Source of the DNA: Selaginella moellendorffii
Taxonomy: Eukaryota; Plantae; Lycopodiophyta
Reading direction: 5' to 3'
Assembly: GCF_000143415.4 (NCBI RefSeq)
Contig: NW_003314578.1
Coordinates: 1-11,171 of the forward strand
DNA: 11,171 nucleotides
The translations under genes and the position numbers were made by a program. Of this stretch, positions 1 through 11,171 are shown in pieces (position 1 is the stretch's first letter; each line of letters starts with the position of its first letter). Below the pieces are notes generated by a model, which saw only the letters and a list, made by a program, of their open reading frames with translations, did no database searches and was not told the origin of the DNA.

Positions 1-25
1 CAGTGCGCGAGATCCAAGCAGCGCA

Positions 26-1111
26 ATGGCGGCATCGGTGGTAGCAGCCAAGGCCGGGCCATCGCTCCTCCAGCCCAAGCTCGATGCCTCTGCAGGATCG
101 TCCGCCAGCCTCCGCCCGGTGTCGGTGTCCAAGGCATTTGGATTGCGCAGCAATGGAGGAGGAGCGCGCCTCACTTGCTCCATGGAGGACATTGTCAAGA
201 GGGCCACGGATGTGGGCAAGGTCGCCGTTGCCACTGCCGCAGCCACATTGCTCGTCGCGGGGGTAAGCGAAAGATCTCCTCTGCTGGACGGATGAATTGA
301 GAGAATTGGAGCAAGTCTGGTAGTCATTCTCATGAATTTCCCCTGTTTTGTGATGCTCTAGACCGCCGCCGCGAATCCAAAGCGCCTCACATACGACGAG
401 GTCCAAGCCCAGACGTATCTCGAGGTGAAAGGCAGCGGCACCGCCAACCAGTGCCCGATCCTGTCCGGTGGCGACGAAGGATTCAAGTTCAAGCCCGGCA
501 GCTACAGCGTCAAGAAGTTTTGCCTCGAGCCCACGTCCTTCACCGTGAAGAAGGAGTCGCCATTCAAGGGTGGCGGCGATCAATACGTCGACACCAAGCT
601 CATGACGAGGCTGACATACACGCTGGACGAGATCGAGGCCGACTTGAGCGTGGACGAGAAGGGAAACCTCAAGCTGGTGGAGAAGGATGGCATCGACTAC
701 GCTGCGGTTACCGTCCAGCTCCCCGGAGGCGAGCGAGTTCCATTCCTCTTCACCATCAAGGAGCTCGTAGCGACTGGCTCCCCGGATGGATTCAGTGGAA
801 GCTTTCTGGTGCCGTCTTACAGGGGCTCCTCGTTTCTAGACCCCAAGGGACGCGGTGGATCCACCGGGTATGACAATGCGGTGGCGTTGCCGGCCGGAGG
901 CGCTGGTGACGAGGAGGAGCTCGGCAAGGAGAACCTCAAAGATACCTCGGGGTCGACTGGGAACATCACCTTGAAGGTGGCGGAGAGTAACACCGCCACT
1001 GGAGAGATTGCCGGGGTATTTGAGAGCATCCAGCCCTCGGACACGGATCTGGGATCGAAGGCTCCCAAGGAAGTGAAGATCCAAGGTATATGGTACGCGC
1101 AACTTGACTAA
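26..1111 (+). CDS. psbO: Photosystem II oxygen-evolving enhancer protein 1 (PsbO/OEE1, 33 kDa) precursor; exons 26..262 and 362..1111, ~328 aa
   Basis: Exon 2 encodes hallmark PsbO segments ([111 protein letters not shown]). Exon 1 is a Ser/Ala/basic-rich chloroplast transit peptide followed by a hydrophobic thylakoid signal. A phase-0 intron 263..361 (GTAAGC...TCTAG, 99 nt) joins LLVAG|TAAA-NPKRL, restoring the A-x-A lumenal cleavage site. Confidence 0.97.
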
Positions 1112-1389
1112 AGAAAGAGTCACAAAATCAGAGAGGAGAGATGATGTCCGGATGTTTGATCAGGAGAAAATCCTTGCATAAGAAGGCTGTCATCTTCTCA
1201 AACGAGCGATCTCACATTGTAAAGTCTCAAATCCTTTTTAAACTACAAAGCTGTTCCAAGATTCCATCTGTAGTAGCCAACGTTAAAATCAAATCACATT
1301 TTTCTCATCTGGAGCACAAGACTCTATGATATCACAATGGATTGAATCTTAACCGTCAGTTTGAACGGCCATGATCATTCTCTCTCACG

Positions 1390-1396
1390 TATAAAA
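1390..1396 (+). promoter_or_regulatory. Probable TATA box of polyubiquitin copy 1
   Basis: TATAAAA ~60 nt upstream of the leader-intron donor; TATAAA is kept at the matching position in copy 2 (9415..9420). Confidence 0.6.
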
Positions 1397-1450
1397 TAAA
1401 GGATAGGGTAAGGGTTTTCTACAATTCGTAGGCGGTGGTTGCGTTTCTTG

Positions 1451-2733
<1,283 letters not shown>

Positions 2734-3085
2734 GTTCTCTACTGTGAATGTAAGTAACCTCTCTTCCATGCAATAAAAAACGCACTGCCGCTTTCAACAC
2801 CATCTAATTGATGTCGACAAGGTGTCTAAATATAGTATCAGAGTTCTAAAGCTAAACCTCCAACCCATCTAGTTTGAGGTGGTTGTGCATAATAAACAGC
2901 AATAAAAGAAAAGAACATAATTATTAGTAATACACTTTGGGAAGTCATTGAGATGATTGTAACAAAAAAATGTTTTTAACCCTGTCCGTTTTAGGATTTT
3001 TCCACTTATACGTATAGAAGTCCCAGATGGCGTGACGAAAGTCCGCTGCAGAACTGGCGCATTCTTCCCAAAACCATGTAAGCTT

Positions 3086-5129
3086 TTATACAGCACCAGT
3101 TTTACATTGGCGATCTGCCTTAGTGACAGCGATAACAAGTGCTGCCACCCAGAAAATCACCACAACCACGTTAGCTATGGCCTCGTAAAGCATGGCTGAC
3201 CAGTGCCACTTTGGGAGATGGTCTCCCTCCACGAAATGTGGAACCTTTTCCTTGTAGTGAAGCAGCCCCTTGCGCTGTCCAGGCTTGTAGCTGGGCGGAC
3301 ACAAAATGTACACAATTGGTACAAGCATGTGTGTGCAAGTTGAAAGAAGAAAGAAGGACATTGCGATCACGTAAAAATCATGGCTGCAATTTCGGCCTCT
3401 TTGCTTCGCTACCCAGGAAATTCTGTAGGCCACCACTGCCAAGACCAGGAGTATGTAGATGATGTGAACCTTAACATGTTTGAGCTTGACAAGGAAAAAT
3501 TTGATCAAGGCTGGCTGCTTGGTGAACTTGGCCTGTGCCGCAACTCGATCGATGCTGCTTGTTGGAGTGAATGTGAAAGTGGAAGAGTACGAAAAGATGG
3601 ACTTGTATATGGTCTGGAGGAAGAAGGGTGTCATCCACCAGAAATGTGACTCGTCCCTGGATGGATTGTGGAAGACCGAGCCAGACTGAGATCCAAGAAA
3701 GGCGCCAGAAAATGAGGAAGATGGCGAGCTGGATGATAACACGCCGCGCCTCATGGGAGGTGCCGATCATGAGGTCCAAGTGAAGTGTAAGACAAACGAT
3801 GAAGAGGAGAAGCATAACAAGGTTGACGATTGCGATGAAGTAGTATCCCGTGTGCCAGAAGAAACTCACCTTGAGAACCAAGGAGAGTTTGCTCTTTGGC
3901 CCAAGCATCTCTCTCCATGTCGCAGAGAATTGCTGTATAGCTCCCTGGCACCACCGCTGCCGCTGCTTGATATATCCTTCAAACGTCCACGGTGTAAGAC
4001 CAATCTAACAATCAAAGGGGGAGTCAACAAAAGTCATCGTGTTTTGAGCAACAGCAGACCTGAAGCTTGCGGTTGAGGTAGACGGACTTGAAGCCCTGGT
4101 TGAAGAGCTTGAATGCGGTCATGGTGTCTTTTGTGATTGACATTGGCTGGAAGCCTCCAATCTCGTCCAGATGTTTCCTTCGGAAGATTGCTCCAGTTCC
4201 AACGCAGGGTGCGGCCCCAAATGTGTACCTGTGAATCATGACACGCTCGTGGCCAAATCCGCAAGCATCATTTAGAGGGTCTCCCACTGGCAGGTTAGAG
4301 GGATTTGCACGAATGACACTTTGGGGTCCTTCACTATGTGAGGGAGCAAAGTCTTCAAGAATGAGGGGTGAAGTATCATGTCTGCGTCCATCATCACCAC
4401 GAACTCCGCGTCAGAATGCTCCAGGCCGTAGTTAAGGTTACCGCATTTGAAGTTGTGTGGGACTCCTGGAATCTGCAACAGTGAGATCATGAGCACGCAC
4501 TGGGAAGGGAATAACAATATTGTAAGCTACCTTCTTTCTACGAAGATATTTGACACAAGCACTCTCCAATTCCTCACAGTATCGTTTTAGCTCATCGTCC
4601 CCTCCATCATCAAGGACCAAAACTCGAAACTGGTGCTTGGGACAATCCATGGCCAGGGCAGCCTGAATGGAATCCTCGGGAACGTCAGTGGGCTCTTTAT
4701 AGCAGGGAAGAAATATGTCAACCGTCGGAAGCTCTTCCCAATTCAACGATAAACACTGACGGGGCCGCCATATTCGAGGCGGTAACACCGGATCCGCAGC
4801 CGAAATAACGCTGCTCGCAAAGTATATCACCTCGCAAGTCGTCAAAACTATCAGCCACGGCCTCCTCGCGAGCTCTCCGGGATGTTTAGAGTAAACATAG
4901 ATCCTATAAACGAGGTAATTCACAAATGCAGCTATGTGTGTGCACAGACAAGGATGCAGATAATAGTGTGCCAGATTAGCTTCCCCCAATGTGGTGTCGA
5001 TGTTGGATGAAGAGAAGACGAATTGGATGAAGATGGAGAAGAAGAATCATGGGAATCGCTTGGATCACTAAGATCACTTGGTGGTGTCTCCTGCTGCCGC
5101 TGCAACTCAAGATCTTTAATGCTAGACAT
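3086..5129 (-). pseudogene. Frameshifted processive GT2 glycan synthase (cellulose synthase-like, BcsA/fungal type); exons 5129..4531, 4472..4060, 4004..3086
   Basis: Collinear paralog of 5393..7471 with the same two introns (4530..4473, 4059..4005). Relative to the intact paralog it has +2 nt in a (TG)4 run at 4935..4942 giving an immediate TAG, a 10-nt deletion at ~4297 (QIPQSFYN disrupted), an 11-nt deletion at ~3659, and TED changed to TKD (4129..4131). Confidence 0.9.
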
Positions 5130-5392
5130 GCTACTATCTTAATGAGTTTCCTTCGTTCCAGAGAATTTATTCGTGAGCATAATGTACTTTTCGTACAGCT
5201 GCATTTGTGTATGGTTGGTTGCTGTCTTGCAAATTGTGTCTTGATTCGTGTAAAGTTCCACTGAGAAGAGTTATTTCGTAAGGATGTTAAGAACTGCAAG
5301 CGAAAAACAAATATCATGTGTAAAAGTTAGCTAAATCTTCCGGTTTACATTGGTGAAATAAAGAAGTGGCATGTACAACGAAAGTTGATTGA

Positions 5393-7471
5393 CTATATAG
5401 CACCTGCCTTACACCAGCGTCGATCCGACTTGGTGACGATTATAACTAGGGCCGCCACCCAGAAGATACTCGTAGCAACGTTAGATATCCCCTCGTAAAA
5501 GATTATTGACCAGTGCCACTTTGGGAGATACTCTCCCTCCAGAAACTGTGGAACTCCTTCCTTGTAGTGAAGCAGTGACTTGCGCTCCCCAGGCTTGTAG
5601 CTAGGTGGGCACAAGATGTACATAATTGGTATAAGCATGTGTGCACAGGTGGAAAGTAGAAAAAACGATATGGCGATCACGTAGAAATCATTCTGGCAGT
5701 TTTTGCCACCTTGCTTGGCTATCCAATAAATCCTGTAGCCAACCACACCCAAAACCAGGAATATGTAGATAATGTGCACCCTTACGTGCTTGAGTTTCAC
5801 AAGGAACTTGATCACCGCTGGTTGCTTCTTGAGCTTGGCTTGTGCTGCAGCACGGTCAATGTTGCTTGTTGGAGTGAATGTAAAGGTGGAAGAGTATGAA
5901 AAGATCGACTTGTATATCGTTTTGAAAAAGTAGGGGGTCATCCACCAGAAATGTGACTCGTCCCGGTTGCGACTTTGGATTGACTGGGGAAGACCGAGCC
6001 ATACCGCGAACCAAGACAGGCGCCAGCAGATAAGAAGAGCTGAGACATTAATAAGAATGCGTCGGCTTTCATCAAAGGTGCCAACAATGAGGTCCAAGTT
6101 CAAGGTAAGGAGAATTATGAAGAGCAAGACCATAACAATGTTGAAAACTGAGATGAAGTAGTATCCGGTGTGCCAGAAGTAACACACCTTGAGTAGGAAT
6201 GAAAGCCTGCTCTTTGGCCCAAGCATCTCTCTCCATGTCGCAGAGAATTGTTGTATGGCTCCCTGGCACCACCGCTGCCGCTGCTTGATATATCCTTCAA
6301 ACGTCCACGGTGTAAGACCAATCTAACAATAAAAGGTGGAGTCAACAAAAGTCACCGTGTTTTGACCAACAGCAGACCTGAAGCTTGCGGTTGAGGTAGA
6401 CGGACTTGAAGCCCTGGTTGAAGAGCTTGAATGCGGTCATCGTGTCTTCTGTGATTGACATTGGCTGGAAGCCTCCAATCTCGTCCAGATGTTTCCGTCG
6501 GAAGATTGCTCCAGTTCCAACGCATGGTGCGGCCCCCAATGTGTCCCTGTGCACCATGGCGCGGTCATAGCCAAACCCGCTCGCATCATTTAGAGGATCC
6601 CCCACCGGAAGATTGTAAAACGACTGAGGTATTTGTACGAATGACACTTTGGGGTCTTTCACGATATGAGGGAGTAAAGTCTTCAGGAACGATGGGTGAA
6701 GTATCATGTCTGCGTCCATCATCACCACGAACTCCGCGTCGGAATGCTCCAGGCCGTAGTTAAGGTTACCGCATTTGAAGTTGTGTGGGACTCCTGGAAT
6801 CTGTAACAAATGGTCATGAAAAAAGAAATGTTATAAAAGTTAACCTTTTCTCGACGAAGATATCGGACCGAAGCACTCGGAGGCTCGACATGCTCCAATA
6901 CCTCACAGTATTGTTTCAGCTGGTCGTCCCCTCCATCATCCAGGACCAAAACGCGATACTGGTGCTTGGGATAATCCATAGCCAGGGCAGCCTGAATGGA
7001 ATCCTCTGGAACGTCAGTGGGCTCTTTGCAGCAGGGAAGAAATATATCAACCGTGGGGAGCTCTTCCCAATTCAATGACAAACTCTGACGGGGCCGCCAC
7101 ATGCGAGGTGGTAACACCAGATCCACAGCTGCAATAACGCTGTTCAGAAAGTATATCACCTCGCAGATCGACAAAATTATCAGCCAAGGCCTTCTCACGA
7201 GCTCGCGGGGCTGCTTGGAGTAGACATAGAACCTGTAACTGAGGTAATTCACAAATGCAGCTACGTGTGCTGAGACAAGGAGACAAATGATTGTGTGCCA
7301 GATTAGCTTTCCCCATGGAGATGCTTGAGGAGCAGCTAACACAGATGTGGATGATGAAGGAGAACTAGACAGAGACGAAGAAGAAGATTCATGGGGTGCA
7401 TTAGAATCACTATGGTCGCTAACATTATCACTTGGTTGCTGCTGCAACTCAAGATCCCCCACACTAGACAT
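5393..7471 (-). CDS. Processive family-2 glycosyltransferase (cellulose synthase superfamily, BcsA/fungal-like; candidate mixed-linkage glucan/arabinoglucan-type synthase); exons 7471..6845, 6800..6378, 6322..5393, ~659 aa
   Basis: Splicing two phase-0 GT-AG introns (44 and 55 nt) gives an uninterrupted ORF. It has two N-terminal hydrophobic helices, PTVDIFLPCCKEP, VLDDG, FKCGNLN, DAD, QIPQSFYN, CVGTGAIFRR, SITED and QRQRW (D,D,D,QxxRW signature), followed by several C-terminal hydrophobic helices. The product is inferred, not shown. Confidence 0.9.
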
Positions 7472-7529
7472 GATGCTGTGGGAGGAGGAATCACTGGAAC
7501 ATCTTACATATTCATGTTTGAAAGGGTTA

Positions 7530-7536
7530 TTATATA
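7530..7536 (-). promoter_or_regulatory. Possible TATA box of the intact GT2 gene
   Basis: TATATAA on the minus strand ~60 nt upstream of ATG 7471. Confidence 0.4.
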
Positions 7537-7940
7537 ACGTGCCATGTCCGTCCAGCTGTGCATTTTGGTTGAGCTGTCATTTTGTACATCATGGCGGCTT
7601 GTGAACAGAAACCAAACTTTTCAATACTAATCTATCTTAGAAAATATCCTAAGCACGGGACGATGTGTGAACAATTAAATAGAGGAATTGAATAAATGGC
7701 ACTCAGTTCATTGTGTAGATGCAAAGTAGTATTCAATGGAACATAAATGAGCTGACTGATGAACGTGCGAACAACCTTGACAGACCAGCTAATTCTTTAC
7801 ATGATCATAAGTGGATTACAATGGTCTCTTTGAATAATAAATCAGATGTGTATTAACGAAACAACTCCTCGGAAAACACTTGCATGTAATGGAGTGATGA
7901 AAGAGAGCTGTATAAACCTTGTTTACTTGTTGACATACTT

Positions 7941-8340
7941 TCAAGAATCGTTGAATTCAACCGAGTAGAGCCTCTCGGCCTCGCAGTTGCTCCCAAAGTT
8001 GATGCGCCGGGCAGACAGCTCCTCCCAAATTGTCACGGCCACCTCACGATCCTCGTCAATGTGGAAACTGTAGTTATCGAGCTTCTCACAACCTGTTTCC
8101 GTGTAGCGTGGAATGTCGTTGCTCTTCGAGCTGAAAAAAGTAATCTTCATCGCCTTCTGATTACTATATACCTACCGGAAGGAACGAGTGTGTTACCGAC
8201 TGATCCTCCATCACCTGCTCGTCCTTCTTGACAAACACCTTGAAAACATTTTGACACCTCTCAATCCCAAAGCAGTCCAAGAACTTGTACTCTGGTGGAT
8301 CGACGTACCAGCGAAAGATGTGGCTTGTGGAGATCCCGTA
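7941..8340 (-). pseudogene. C-terminal fragment of an atypical Hsp70 (HSPA12-like) protein, 5'-truncated and frameshifted
   Basis: Two adjacent ORFs join to YGISTSHIFRWYVDPPEYK...RCQNVFKVFVKKDEQV...HSFLPVYSNQKAMKITFFSS...YTETGCEKL...DREVAVTI when a TACC duplication (8169..8176) is removed. This resembles from memory the HSPA12 C-terminal pattern (YG..., C.DVF..F...D..V, P....Q.....I.SS, REI). Confidence 0.55.
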
Positions 8341-8402
8341 AGAGAATTGGAGCAAGTCTGGTAGTCATTCTCATGAATTTCCCCTGTTTTTTTATGCTCT
8401 AG

Positions 8403-9152
8403 ACCGCCGCCGCGAATCCAAAGCGCCTCACATACGACGAGGTCCAAGCCCAGACGTATCTCGAGGTGAAAGGCAGCGGCACCGCCAACCAGTGCCCGAT
8501 CCTGTCCGGTGGCGACGAAGGATTCAAGTTCAAGCCCGGCAGCTACAGCGTCAAGAAGTTCTGCCTCGAGCCCACGTCCTTCACCGTGAAGAAGGAGTCG
8601 CCATTCAAGGGTGGCGGCGATCAATACGTCGACACCAAGCTCATGACGAGGCTGACATACACGCTGGACGAGATCGAGGCCGACTTGAGCGTGGACGAGA
8701 AGGGAAACCTCAAGCTGGTGGAGAAGGATGGCATCGACTACGCTGCGGTTACCGTCCAGCTCCCCGGAGGCGAGCGAGTTCCATTCCTCTTCACCATCAA
8801 GGAGCTCGTAGCGACTGGCTCCCCGGATGGATTCAGTGGAAGCTTTCTGGTGCCGTCTTACAGAGGCTCCTCGTTTCTAGACCCCAAGGGACGCGGTGGA
8901 TCCACCGGGTATGACAATGCGGTGGCGTTGCCGGCCGGAGGCGCTGGTGACGAGGAGGAGCTCGGCAAGGAGAACCTCAAAGATACCTCGGGGTCGACTG
9001 GGAACATCACCTTGAAGGTGGCCGAGAGTAACACCGCCACTGGAGAGATTGCCGGGGTGTTTGAGAGCATCCAGCCCTCGGACACGGATCTGGGATCCAA
9101 GGCTCCCAAGGAAGTGAAGATCCAAGGTATATGGTGCGCGCAACTTGACTAA
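8403..9152 (+). pseudogene. psbO: 5'-truncated psbO duplicate: exon 2 only, no start codon or transit peptide
   Basis: Open frame nearly identical to 362..1111 with intact acceptor (TCTAG 8398..8402), but exon 1 and the donor are absent. It carries a Y->C change in IWYAQ. Confidence 0.85.
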
Positions 9153-9544
9153 AGAAAGAGTCACAAAATCGAGAGGAGAGATGATGTCCGGATGTTTGAT
9201 CAGGAAAAAATCCTTGCATAAGAAGGCTGTCATCTTCTCAAACGAGCGATCTCACATTGTAAAGTCTCAAATCCTTTTTAAACTACAAAGCTATTCCAAG
9301 ATTCCATCTGTAGTAGACATCAAATCACATCTTGCCTAGATCAGCAATTTCAACGGTCACGATGGATTGAATCTTAGCCGTCAGTTTGAACGGCCATTAT
9401 CATTCTCTCTCAACTATAAACTAAAGGATAGGGTAAGGGTTTGCCACAATTCGTAGGTGGTGCGTTTCTTGGTGAGTGGGTATGGCGGTGTTGATTTCTT
9501 GCTTGAAATTCTCAAGGATTTCGTGATTGCCTTACCGGATCTGA

Positions 9545-10285
<741 letters not shown>

Positions 10286-10337
10286 GTAACCTCTCTTCCA
10301 TGTAATAAAGAACACACTGCCGCTTTCAACACCATCT

Positions 10338-10820
10338 CGAAGTTCTTCCCCATGCCCCTTGAGTTGGTATTTACCTAACCAGGCTGAATGTGTTGGAGTT
10401 GTGGAGGTGTATGCTGTGTGGAGATGTCAAGGTTTATGTTATCGGAGTTAAAAATGCCGAGTAGTAAGCCCATCACGTATGCCCACCACAGTCGCGCACA
10501 ACATCACCACTATTGTAGTTAACTTGTCGAAGCAAGTCTTCCAACCAGAATGACAGCTGATAGTCGTGGATAGCACGCAATTGTCCATCACCAAATCGCC
10601 CCTCAAACAAATCCTTCACGGTCACCATGCCGATGAGCAGGAAGCCCTGAACGTTATACATCGTGCCATTGTCTTTCATACGTTTGATGGTGTGGTACAG
10701 CTCGTCCAGGCAACATCAGGCTGGAAGTAGTAGAAGTCCCTGTGATAGCAGATGGCGTGACGAAAGTCCGCTGCAGAACTGACGCATTCTTCCCAAAACC
10801 CTTTAAACAAGACTTTATGT
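10338..10820 (-). pseudogene. Degenerate coding-like remnant of unknown family
   Basis: Minus-strand frames read as protein-like pieces (FWEECVSSAADFRHAICYHRDFYYFQP / LDELYHTIKRMKDNGTMYNVQGFLLIGMVTVKDLF...) separated by frameshifts, with balanced GC unlike the AT-rich counterpart in copy 1. No confident homolog recognised. Confidence 0.3.
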
Positions 10821-10826
10821 AAGCTT

Positions 10827-11171
10827 TTATACAGCACCAGTTTTACACCATTGGCGATCTGCCTTGGTGACAGCGATAACAAGTGCTGCCACCCAGAAAA
10901 TCACCACAACCACGTTAGCTATGGCCTCGTAAAACATGGCTGACCAGTGCCACTTTGGGAGATGGTCTCCCTCCACGAAATGTGGAACCTTTTCCTTGTA
11001 GTGAAGCAGCCCCTTGCGCTGCCCAGGCTTGTAGCTGGGCGGACACAAAATGTACACAATTGGTACAAGCATGTGTGTACAAGTTGAAAGAAGAAAGAAG
11101 GACATTGCGATCACGTAAAAATCATGGCTGCAATTTCGGCCTCTTTGCTTCGCTACCCAGGAAATTCTGTA
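10827..11171 (-). CDS. 3' end of a third GT2 glycan synthase copy (truncated by the window; functional status unknown)
   Basis: Near-identical to 3086..3427 and open to the stop at 10827. It retains the Trp codon (RQWCK) that is missing in 3086..5129 but present in the intact paralog (RRWCK). Confidence 0.8.
   Translation of the reverse strand, partial: YRISWVAKQRGRNCSHDFYVIAMSFFLLSTCTHMLVPIVYILCPPSYKPGQRKGLLHYKEKVPHFVEGDHLPKWHWSAMFYEAIANVVVVIFWVAALVIAVTKADRQWCKTGAV

Noticed and set aside
425-1111. 228-aa ORFs starting at GTG 425 and GTG 8466 as stand-alone genes
   Set aside because: The GTG is an internal Val of psbO exon 2; PsbO similarity extends upstream to the splice acceptor.
2806-3014. 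MITE or other transposon
   Set aside because: No terminal inverted repeats or target-site duplication found by eye.
3086-5129. Programmed frameshifting or extra micro-introns rescuing the broken GT2 copy
   Set aside because: The lesions are deletions of conserved residues relative to the paralog, are not compensating (+2, -10, -11), and the TED motif is also altered.
3086-7471. Bacterial cellulose-synthase operon or contaminant
   Set aside because: The genes have spliceosomal introns and lie among plant nuclear genes; no bcsB/bcsZ or PilZ-like region was seen.

Overview
Gene-dense nuclear DNA from a land plant. Very short GT-AG introns (44-115 nt), ~260-280 bp intergenic gaps and GC-rich exons suggest a compact non-seed-plant genome such as the lycophyte Selaginella (inference). 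In order: an intact two-exon psbO gene; a 5-repeat polyubiquitin; two tandem minus-strand, three-exon processive GT2 glycan synthase genes of bacterial/fungal BcsA-like architecture (one intact, ~659 aa; one with three frameshifts); and a frameshifted Hsp70-12-like fragment. From 8341 a second copy of the block follows: psbO without exon 1, a 3-repeat polyubiquitin and the 3' end of another GT2 gene, i.e. a recent ~8 kb-period tandem duplication. The most notable items are the non-CesA/Csl GT2 synthase array (candidate mixed-linkage glucan/arabinoglucan-type synthases) and a Thr28 ubiquitin variant present in all eight repeats.
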